From IMG/VR virus record IMGVR_UViG_3300013901_000016: a stretch of DNA of 64,000 bases. The stretch is one strand, 5' to 3'. Both the position numbers and the translations under genes were made by a program. Shown piece after piece: positions 9,429-21,400 of the stretch (position 1 is its first letter; every line of letters starts with the position of its first letter). Below the pieces are notes generated by a model. That model had not been told where the DNA came from. It searched no databases and was given only the letters and a program-made list of their open reading frames with translations. The DNA comes from an uncultured virus (IMG/VR IMGVR_UViG_3300013901_000016). Taxonomy: Duplodnaviria; Heunggongvirae; Uroviricota; Caudoviricetes; Crassvirales.

Positions 9429-9955
9429 CAGATTTCGACAAAGTAGTAATTCCACTACTTGACAGTAATATACTGCCATCAGATATTGATGAGCAGTTTG
9501 TTGGATGTTTTACAGAAGATTTAGACCATCCAACAGATATGCCAGTTATTTATATGTTATTTAAATGTGATAAAGTTACACAAAATTCTATTAATCGTAT
9601 CAATCATATCGAGAAATGTAAAAATTTACATACTACTAGATACAAAATGATCGATAATGTAAATTGCGTAGCTTATGGATTTATTCTAACGGGAAAATAT
9701 AAAAGTCTTATTACAGGAAATTGTAATTTAGACTTGAAAGATTGCTTAAAAATAGCATCTTTTTGGGGATATAATGATAATATTGTAAACGTTATCAATC
9801 ATATGCCTTGTATATTAATGGTGAATAAAGAAATGCCGTTAGAAGATTTTCAATATACAATTGATGATATATTTACTGGAAAAACAAAAGAAGGGGAAGG
9901 ATTGCAATTTAGCAGTCCCTCCCCTTTTATTTTTTTTAAAAGTACTTGTCGATAA
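9425..9955 (+). CDS. Hypothetical protein
   Basis: 176-aa ORF overlapping the upstream stop (ATGA). Last gene of the + strand block. Confidence 0.65.
   Translation: MTDFDKVVIPLLDSNILPSDIDEQFVGCFTEDLDHPTDMPVIYMLFKCDKVTQNSINRINHIEKCKNLHTTRYKMIDNVNCVAYGFILTGKYKSLITGNCNLDLKDCLKIASFWGYNDNIVNVINHMPCILMVNKEMPLEDFQYTIDDIFTGKTKEGEGLQFSSPSPFIFFKSTCR
9891..9937 (+). terminator. Rho-independent terminator at the convergence of the two gene blocks (possibly bidirectional)
   Basis: Stem AAGGGGAAGGATTGC/GCAGTCCCTCCCCTT followed by a T-run and preceded by an A-run. Confidence 0.75.
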
Positions 9956-9979
9956 TTCAATGAATTTCAGATAGAGTCA

Positions 9980-12900
9980 TTATGGATTAAAACTTCCTCC
10001 AGCATCAAATGAGCCTCCACCAAAATCTTGGTTCGGATCAAACTATCCACTTCCTAATGAATTATCTGTATTATTATAATCATCTGGCATAACTGGTTCT
10101 CCAGACGAATTACCTGTAGAATCATTTCCAAATAGATGCAGATACCAATATTTATTTCTATAGTAGTTTTGTTTAGCTCGCAGTGTATTGTAATTCATAT
10201 CTTCATATAGATTACTAAATGGAACCATTTTCATAACATCACGGAACCATCTGCTAGACCCTTTATACGCGCCAGACTTTACTGTATCTGTTGGATTATG
10301 TCCAGTTAACCCCATAGCATCAAGTATGTATGTAAAACCTGTACCAAAATCATTCCATACAGACTGTAATGTTGTAATAGATCCGATGAAATCCATAACT
10401 GTAGTAGGATCAAGATTTGTTCCTCTAGCTTCTGCAAGACGAAGTGATATTAAATATAAATATTGTATCCACCAAGATTTATCGTCATCAGCTTTCATTT
10501 TTAAGAATACAGAAGCTAACGTTACTGCCGCACAAATAGCTACATCTGCAGAAACAGCTTTGACTCCTTCTATTTCAAGCTATGTTATACCTTTTAACTT
10601 TTCTCTTTTATCAGAATATTCTTGCTTTTTTGCTGGATCATGAGATAAAAATGAACGTATGCCATATATCCAATTAGTTATATATCTTCTAGACAAATTT
10701 GCTATAGATGTATAATGACCTCGTTCTATTTCTCCAGTTTCATAGTTGTAATAACCATAACTTTGAGCCTCTTCTGTTGTTTTTGGATTTTTTACAGGGA
10801 CTCCGTTTTCATCCAGCTCCTTTACAATGTAATCATTTGCATTCTACATTCTTTCGTATACGTTGCCAACAATGAAATTACGCATCATAAACATCATAGC
10901 TGTATACAAATTCTATCTAGCTTTAGACACTTCTGTAGCAGGCATAACTCCGTTATAGTAAGCAGATCTCTAAATAATTTTATTTCTTACATTCTTTGCT
11001 ATCTTGCTATTCAAATATTTCTAGAATGCCTAATTAACAGTTGGAAGATAATCTCCTGGATGCCAATCGTATGCATCATACAAAGTTATGTGCAAACCAG
11101 AATATACTGATTTGGCCTACTTCTTTGTATATCCGGCATCAGTAAACGCTTTTATAAGCTAATTACGAGTATAAAATCCAGGTTTAACACCAGCATATGA
11201 TGTATCTTCAAAAAGCCTTGTATGATGATAGAAAGATAACATAACAATAGAATTATTCATATAGTCACCTAACGTATAACCTCCCATCATTAAATATTTA
11301 AGACAAAATCTTCTGAACCACCCTTTGTGTAAACCTTCAAATATTTCAGAGTTGTTCTTACTTATCTAGTTCATCTACATCAAAGCTCCCTCTTTAGTTG
11401 TAGCCTACGCTTTACCTAATCCTCTAAAATTGTTTAATATAGTTCTAGGATTAAGGAGTTTACCAATAGCCCACCTAAAGTCTTTCATTGTAAGATATTT
11501 GCCTACAAGAGAATCTTTAAATATCTACATATTTGCATCCATTGCACCAACAGCCATAGAAGCGGTATTAAGACCAAGCATATGTATAGACCCGTACCTC
11601 TTTGCTCTTGATATCAAAACTCTAGCAGCATCTCCTTTCTCGTTATTTTTAGTAAGACCAGATACAACATTTTTGCCGTAGAACTAAGTTTCAAGAAGTG
11701 TATTTATTGCTTCTTCGCTTCGTTGACTGCTATATTTATCCATCTTTCTAAAATGCTTATAAGCATTTCCTGATCTAGAACTTTTATATTTATCTTCTCT
11801 ATATTCTGGATTAAGCTATTTTTGTATAGCAAGTATCTCTGGTAAAAGTTCCATTTTACCCTCATAGTTCTTAGCCATGTCTACAAATTGTATAACATTG
11901 CTACATATAGACGAACTTATGTATTCTGGATGATCTAATCGCTTGACAAACCTAATAGGAACCGTGCTTTCGTCTTCACCGCTAGGAGTTATCCTTGGTT
12001 TTGATCCCTTTACCTCAAGATCTGTATCACTAGGCATTATGCTAACCATAGATTTACCAAGATATCCAAATGTGTCTTTTGCTGAATTTGGGCCTCTAAA
12101 CACTCTTGAAAGAAGCATAGCTGTAGTGCCTTCTATCTAAGGAAGTGAGTTATTATATCCTGACTTAATAGCTGGAATCTTGCTATACATTTCTTTCATA
12201 GTATTTACAAGCATATCATACAAAGCACGAATGTCTGAATTTCCGTTTATCTCCTAATCAAAATATTTGTCTTTATATTTATCTGTAAGCTAATATCCTG
12301 GATCTTTTCTTTGAAAATTATATCTATCATCATATATTTTACTTTGCGACGCATTACTTCTTTTAGAAAATCTTCCAGTAGGTTTTAATATAATAGAATT
12401 ATAAGTCTAACCATTGTATATAAAAGTGCTAGCCTTTGGAGTTATTTCATAAAAGCAATCAAGTGGCTATGGACCTTTCTTTGTATTCTTAAAGAAGAAT
12501 CTATTATCTATAAGAAATCTAAGATCGGTATCAGATAGAGTTGTGATATCCTGCCCAAAAAACTGATTAAGTTCCCCATTTTTAGCTCTATCTAAATATT
12601 TATCTCTGAAAAAATCAAGCTTACTTTTATTTAAGCCAGGCTACATAGCAAGTTTGTATGTAAAATACTTTCTAAAATTAGATTTAACTCCAGATTTACC
12701 AGAGTCTTCTATGTCTTGCTCTATCTACTACATATTTGCAAAGAATGCTTCAGAATCATGTGGTAGTCTAGAAAAATCTTTAGAAATACTTCTGTTATCT
12801 TTTGTTAAAGTAAGAAGACCACTCTGCAAATATTTTAGTATTGGATCATTATACTGCGACCCACTCATTCCTGCTAGCTTATATAATAATGGGTTTATAG

Positions 12901-15463
12901 ATACAGTGGAATTTAATCTTATAAATTGATCTCTCTTTACTGGATCTGTAATAGCATTGAGCTCTTGAATAAACGCAGCGTTATCCTAGTCATAATTTGT
13001 CTGATCAGACACCCATTGATTGAATGATCTTAGCTCTATAGCCATTCTATATTTATCATCTTCCTTCTTCTCTCCGTTAGGATAAAATGGGTTAGATAGC
13101 TACTCGGCCTCATCTTTTGCAAGTAAATAAGCTTTCTGCTGTTCTGGTGAAAGATCTTCATAATGTACAGTGCCATCTTTTCTTGTAGCTTGCTTAGCAT
13201 AATATCTTAGATCTTCGTCTATTCTCTACTTTTCTCTAATCGTATCAGGAGACAACCCATGACCATGAGGATTTGCTGGTATTGGGTCAATCTTCGTTTT
13301 TGGTTCATATATTGGTACAGAACGCATTTCTTGATAATATTTTCTGGTATATTGTTTTATTCTTCTACCATCATCAAATGCGTCCATCTCGTCAAGATAG
13401 TCATAATACTTTGGGCGCTTCCATCCAGACGGTGTATATTGCCACTTTTCATCATATACACTACATCCTGTTTGTTTATCAATCAACTCGCCTGTATCTC
13501 CATCCTATTCGTATCCATACTTTTCCATAAGACGCTCTTGTTCTTTGCGCCTATCCTATTCGTACTAACCTTGATTGTACTCGGTTCTAAAATTACCAGT
13601 AGCCTTACCATCTTTATCAAACTCCATTAAAACCATTTCTGGATTTCCTGGCACAAATTTACTCATGGTTTTCCACGCTTTTCTCCTAAGAGCGTCTATT
13701 TGATGACCAATTTTATTTACGTATACCTGTCTATCATAGTCGATATCATTAACTTTGTTATAGAGTATTCTAAGTATTGGAGAACTAGATCTACCGTACA
13801 TGCCAGCCCACATTTCAAGCCAGTTTATATCACCATACATAGCCTGTCTTAAAAGCCAATCTTCTGCAACAATCTTTGCATTATCTATGTTACCAAGCTT
13901 CATATTATCATCTATGTATTGATCAACTATATCTGTAGTCAATGTGTGCAAGGCGTTTCTATATAATACTGAAATATCCTACATAGATGCATTTATCTAA
14001 TCTATATGAGTCTTTAATATAGAAGGAAAATTACCAAACACTTTAGCAGAGTTTATCTGGTTTAAAATCTCCTTAAAGAATCCTATAGAATTTCTATCTA
14101 TATCTATAAGCTGTTGTGCTGTAATGCCTTTAAAATTGTTCTTTCTAGCATTCTCTAAGAATTTGTATATAGATCCATCAGTTATATTACCATTCTAGTC
14201 CATAAAACCAATACGGTCTACAACATAATTTACAAATGTACATATAGCATCATCGTCAGACTATCTTTGCATCTTCTACATTGTCTAGAATAGTTTATCC
14301 TAAATCTTTATCTAAGAAGGAGTTTTTGATACAATGTGATCATATGTATCAAATAAGTCTTGTAATCTCTATATAGCCTCATCCTTACTAAGAGTGTTGT
14401 CAGCCATTAGCTAGAATTTAGCTTTATTTTCAAGCCTTACTTTGTTAAATTCTGATGATACTTTAACTTGATTTATATCTAGATTAAGTAAAAATGATTG
14501 TGCTAAATACTCATGCAGCATTTCTTTATTAGAATCATCTATCACGAGATCTTTAAAAGCTTCTCTGACCTACGAGTTAAACTATTCCCATATATCAGAC
14601 GCTTTTGTACGTTCTGCTATATCGTTAGCCCTACTAACAAGTATATCTACAAGCTTTTCTTCAGCCTATGTTACATTTTTTATCTTATACTGTTCCATAA
14701 TGTCAGATAGAGCTTTTTGCACCATCTAAGATTTTTGAAACATATCAAGATAATGATGACAAATCTCGTGAGACTCAGTGTTAAGTTTTGCAGAGCTTCT
14801 ACCAAATGCTACCTTAATAACGTTACCTATAGCACTAAGCTTATTAGATATATACTAACCAGAAGCTTTTGTAATATCTTTTAACGATGTGCCACGTATG
14901 TAATCTACAAACTATATCTACAAATCTTTAGACGACAAGAGAATATTACCTTCTTTGTCAACAGATTTTGTAAGACCAAATGATTTCTCCAATCTATCTG
15001 CCAAAGTAGTGTGCAAACGTTCGTATTCTGCCTAATTCCAGGCCTCTCTAGCCTCTCTAACAGTCTTACCTTCATACTACTAAGCAAGGATGAAATTATC
15101 CTTTCTAGAGCCATAATTTTGAGCCATAGAGCTAAATGGTTTAGCGTCAAACTACAATACTCCATTATAGTTATCTAAGTCATCTATTGTAGGTTCTACT
15201 CTATCTTGCGTCCAGTCATAGTGATCTTCTATAAACTTAGATGTAAATATAGTAGCCTTCTCCAATATAGCTTTTTCTTTACTACCTCCATTACGCTGTA
15301 ATAAATCCTTATACAGTGCGGAGTCTTTACCATTTAAATCCTTATCTAAAGGATATCCGTTGTTCTATGATAAAGCATAATAGGCAGCCTATCGGCTACC
15401 TAAAATACCTTCATATTCATTTAACAACGCTTCGTTTTCTTTATTTCTTAACAAACACGTCAT
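9980..15463 (-). CDS. Large virion cargo/ejection protein (~1827 aa, TAG=Gln) with zincin-like HExxH motif
   Basis: ATG at 15463 and TAA at 9980. Track fragments starting at 10043, 11816, 13226 and 13565 share this frame and end in TAG. HEICH at 14756-14770. Confidence 0.8.
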
Positions 15464-15468
15464 AATAA

Positions 15469-18400
15469 TTATTTATTACAGTCGTCCTATCTTCTCTTTC
15501 CGAGTTCTTTAAGGTCGTCTTTTATTTCTTGCTCATTCTTTACTTTATAATCGTCTTTAGAGAACGTCTTCTAATATACAGCTTTTATTGCATTTGCAGC
15601 TTTTAGAGCTTTATCATATCCTACATAACCTTCTCTATCAACCCACTAGCCATTCTTATTAACTTTATAATTTTGAATATTTCTAGTTCCAACTCCAGCA
15701 AATGATTTTGTTAGCATAGGAGTGTCCTCAACTTCAAATTTGCCGGTAGATTGATTATATTTATACCAGCTTTCAGTATTAAGATCATACACATGTACAG
15801 GCTTTCCTTGTTTTATACCAACTTGTACGGCCATATTGGTTCCACCTTCTACCGCATTTAAAGAACTAGTTATATTTGCTACAGCGAAAACACCATCAGA
15901 TTTATCTACCTAATAAAAATCTCTAGCAAGTAGCTCTCCAGCAAGAGTCATAGGTAATTCTCTCCCAGTTAACTATTTTATCTATTCTCTTGCATAGTTA
16001 GATTGTTCGTGAGTAATTGGAATAGGCTTAACATTTCTATCTCTAAGCGTCTTAGGCATACTTTGATTATCGATAGGCTTAAAATGATTTATTTTTGTTA
16101 GCCCAAATTGTCTACCTATAACATCCCAATATGTATCGCCACCATAAGCTCCGCCAGAGTTCATTGTATAATCCTGTGGATTATTCTACTATTTGTTGTA
16201 CAAAGATACTGTTTTCTAAGCCTATTCAGACGCAACATTGTGAGTATTATTATGCTACGTGCTTACATACTTAGCCAAATCAACAGTCTTATCATACAAA
16301 TATTTAAACAATTTAGGTGTACGTTGTTCTGTAATCTGCGAAATCTTGCCATTAGATAGACCAGTAGAAGGCAAATATATCTTTCTGTACTTTCCTGTAT
16401 CCCATTCGTCTTTAATAGCCTAGAACTCTGCATCTATAATCTTTTTAAATTCTTCTATATCAGAATCATTCCATCTACCAGCGTCTTTTGTTCTACCAGT
16501 TAGCGGATCGTACCAATGCTGTGTAGAAACAGGCATAGCGTTATCCATTCCTCTTATTATAGCTGCAGTAGCATTTGGGAACATCTTACCAAGACCGTAC
16601 GTTCTAGCGTATTTACTGTCATTACTTATAGGGTTTTTGCCAGATGTTCTGTTTGTGTTATCACCAAATACATACAATATATCAGGATTGTCATTAACCT
16701 CTTGCCTTGTCCAATTTCCTGGATGATATTCAATCTTTTTCTCTGCCTGTTTAGGAAGAGAAGGATTCTCTATATCTCCAGTATAAGGATTAGATACAGG
16801 TACACTAGATATAACAATAGCAGTCTTTCTAGGTCTAGTTAAAGCTGTATATATAAGTTCTGACTTTTCTTGATTTGATGTAGCTGATGTACCCATAATA
16901 TCCTTTTCGTCTACCACAACGATGTCGTATGTAGAACCCTAAGATTTATGAGCTGTAATAGCGTATCCAAAATCAATATCAGCATAACGACCTTTGTACT
17001 CCCAGAATTCCTACCAAGCTTGCCTCTTCAATATTCTGTTTATCTACCTTTTAGCCTTAGAAGCAAGTTCTTGTAGTTTTTGATTATACAGGTCAATATC
17101 ATTTCTAGAAACAACTTGTATAACACAATCTTTCTACTCATTACCAGTTCTTGTATAAGCTACACCGTTTGTTTCGAGATATAATGTATGTACACCAAAC
17201 TCGTCAACATCTGTATCCTAAATACCTTTTATCTGTATCTCGGACGAATTCTCCATAGTAGCCTTAACTTCTGGTAAATCGTAAGGAGCATTAAGAATAA
17301 GCATATCACCTTTAGAATAGTCAGAACCTTTACCAAATAAAGCTTCGTGGATTTTCTTGTTTAATTCTGTCTTTTCGTTTACGTGATACGTTACAATCTT
17401 TACGTGGTTTGTAAGCCCTTTTTCAACAGCGTTCTTTACAGCTTTAATTACAGAATTTAAAACCTCGCCTTCGCTATTAGAGAACAGCAAAGAGCCTTTA
17501 TCTGTTATCTAGTTATTTCTAACGATATGCTAAGTAGGGTTAAGTTCCGGATTTTCTTTTTGAGAATTTTCCCAGAAATAATCAGCGTACGGTAATATAG
17601 GGTTAGCTTCGCCCTGTCTTACTCTAGTAATAAGCTTTGATTTATGCTTACTATTAAATATGTCGGACTTCTTGTTTAGAAGATCTTTGTGAGTTCTATA
17701 AAATTCACTCTAATCGTCTCTAATTGGTTGTATTTGGCCTATATCGCCTAAAAATAGCATCTAAAACGGTCTAGAAAGAGCAGAGTTTATGTCAATAATC
17801 TTCTTAAGGACATCTTCTGTTATCATTGAGGCTTCATCTATAACAAGTAATGCTGGAGGATTATCTAACAAAGGTATCTTTTCGCCAACCTAGAATTTAG
17901 TTGTCTACGTATTATTATCATTGATACCCTTCATGCCAAGCAAACCTGCTATACTGAAGAATTTCTTTCCTCTTGTGTCTTCTCCAAAACTATTCTTTAT
18001 AACACCCTTAGCTTTGTGCGATACAGCTGCAACATATATCTACTCATCATTGAATTCTTTAAGAATTTCTTTAGCTATAGTAGTTTTACCTGTACCAGCC
18101 TTACCTTCGATTACATAATACTATGTTGGATCTGTATTAGTTTTTAAGAAAGATACTGCATTTATGATAGCACTCTATTGTTCTTTATTATAAGTAATGC
18201 CACCAGACTTACCAGTAGAGCTAATTGTTGTTACACCAGTGTTTCTTACAGGAGATTCGGTCTTTGTTTCTTTTGATTCAAGTTTCTTTGCTTCAATATA
18301 GAACTTCTATTTGACTTCTTCGATAAGTTTAGCATATTGAACATCATTTTCTTGATAGCCAATATAATTCATACCAAAATTAAAATCGCTATTACCAAAC

Positions 18401-21400
18401 TCAAAGATATCATTACCTTTAAAATGCAAACCCCTCTTCTTACATAATGCATATATTGGGACTTCAGTCAATCTTGTACTATTAGTATCTTTGTCTTTAA
18501 CCCCATCAAACTTACTAACGCCAACCAATCTATAAAGAGCTCTATTTGAGTTATTATTGTCCTTTGTAGCCAACTCGTCTTTTACAGTAATATATCTAGG
18601 ATATTCACCATTATCAAGTCTATTAATAGTTGTAACCCATTCACCTTTACCATTCTATGTATAACCACACAATGCAAATGGTTTCATTAATTGAGGATCA
18701 TATATACCGGAATCTGTAAAATTTCTTTGGTTTTTGCGAATATAATCATACTAAGGAACAAAGTCTGTATCGTTCCAGTTATTTCTAAGTATATCATCTA
18801 TGATAGCATTTCTTACGTCGCTTTCGAGATTAGTATTAAACTTATTTAACCAAAATTCTACGTGTCCAATAAATCCACTATTTAATTTCCATGAGTTAGG
18901 AACATACTTAAAGAATCTGTTAAATCCAGATTTTTCGCCAGATGTAAGCCAAGCATAAACAACGAGATCTCTAGCAAAATCTTTAAGCTCTTGATCGTTA
19001 GGATAATCTAATAATTCATCCCATGCATCAGTAAGATCATCTTGATTAAATGAAGATTCAGAGATACTATGGAATGTACTAACAAACTTAGGAGCCGGAT
19101 AAATCTAACCATTATTTCCAATAGTTGTTTCATCTTTAACTTGATCTGACTCAACAAGAGATGTAAGTAACTTGTTATTTCTAAGATAGAACAACTTATC
19201 GTCAGGGTTATTTATTCTGCGCTTTATATTTGCAAGTCTATCAGCTATTGTATTATTTCCAAAGAACAGTCTATTTACATCAATATTATTATCTCTAGCG
19301 TAAGCTCTGATAAATAAAGATTTAATACATTGAGATATGTTTCTATCAAGTTTATTTGCAATATCTTCAGTCTAAGAGTAATTGTTCATAAACTGTCCGA
19401 GTTGTCCAACTACCGATGTGTAAGACGTTGTAGCTTCAAACACTTGACCAGCAAGAATGCCATTCATAGCTTTCATAAAACTATTAGTCTTCTTATCAAT
19501 CCAAGAATGAGTCATCATTCTCGTAACTCCTTCTGGATCAAACGACGTGTTTCCTTCTTGAATATCCTTTAAGAACTAATCGTATTTAGCTTTGTAAAGA
19601 AGTTGTTTAGCAAGTGTGTTACCTTGTTTCTTTGTGTCAATCTTAGTAAGCTAAACAAGCTTTGAAATGTCATTTACAAATGGCTGTAATATATTCCATG
19701 CCTTATAAATCTAAATCTAAGCTTTACAGAAATCTGGATCTCTAAACATGTCTTCTTTGCTTGTGTATTTAAGAGCATAGTTCTTAAGATATATATCACT
19801 CTTAAACATACTATTAATTATATCAATTCTTCTCTGGTCGTGATTAACCTCGTTAGTATTAGAAGCGTTGATATCGGCGTTAATATAATTAAGTTCTCTG
19901 CGTATATCAGGATTGTTATACAGTTCTGAATCATTTGTAATATTAATACCAAGATACCCAGCTATATACTGTCTTAATGCTTTTTCTGTTGCGTCTTTTT
20001 GAGCTCTATACTTACTCTTAGTTAAGTCTCTTCCGTAATGACCGCTAGCAGACTCTGCAGCAAACGCCATATCCTTTATAATTGGCTATGTGATAAACCA
20101 TACAGAGTTATCTGCCTAACCTGTTCTTACCAAGAAGTTAAGCATATTGTATGTAAAGCTATTTACATTTATCTTTGATACATATGGGTCTTTTACAATA
20201 TCACAGTGTGCATTAATAAATGCAGACAACCAAGACATAACAGCGTTGCCATTCTTATCATCACGTAAGTCTATACGCTTGAATGGAGTTTGCTTAGTAA
20301 ATTCGGACTCTTTTAATTTAACTCCATAAGCCATTGTAAGAGCCTAATTAGTTACATTAAGAGCGAATGGCGCAATACCAAGCTTACCAGTGATATAATC
20401 TCTACGTCTATCTGTTTGTTCGTGAAGCGTATAAAAGTTGTATGGTAGCGTCTTTGTAGATCCAGCACTCTCAAATTGATTAGCGATACTCTCTACAAGC
20501 TCTGTATCATTATCAATAGATCTCATGGCTATCTGTATAGAATTATCATTATCTTTGAGAAGTGTCATATAGTTCTCAAGAAGCTTATTCTAATAATATT
20601 GTTTCTTATCTTGAGTAAATTCCCTACTAGCTTTACCATCTTCAACATCATAAGCTAAAGACGCCAAATACAACTTATCAATATCAAACATTTATGTTAA
20701 CTACATATTACTATGTAGATCAGACTATATCTTCACCTTTCGGTGTTCCCAATTTCCCCTATTCGGGTACATCTAGAGGACGTCTCCTCTAGCTTAAATC
20801 ATATTGTATTTTATGTACCATCGATGGAACTTGTAGTACATATTTTTTAACTATATTTATAAATTTCAAACCCTCTTTTGTACCGCAGCATAAAGAAAAG
20901 CTATCTTCTTTTTTACCTTCGTGAAACATATAAAAATTTATATTCCAAATTTCATTAAAATAATCTATTATTGTCTAAAGTTCAGCTTTTGGCAAGCATG
21001 TGGCTATTTTTATATAGAATCCCATTGGCCTACCATCTTTGTTTTTACGAATATTTATATGACCATCGTCCATGTACCAAATAGCTATTCCTTTTGCATC
21101 TAATCGGTTTAATAGCTTTCTGTTTCCCAAAACCTTAGTTGGATTGTAGAAAACTCTTCTAAGAACTTTAATAAAAGGAATTATATTAAGCTAAGTATAA
21201 TATACATTCACACCAGTATTATATCCACGTTTTTTTACATATGATTTCAATCCGTTGTTTCTTATACCTGCATAATTCAGCTATTTAATTTTCCATTCTA
21301 AGTAATCTTTTTGTTGTTCTGCGTGAGCAAGTTTAAATACATTGTTACTGCATATTGTTCCATCTCCAAGTAACAATGCTATTAGTAGATTTCTACTTTC

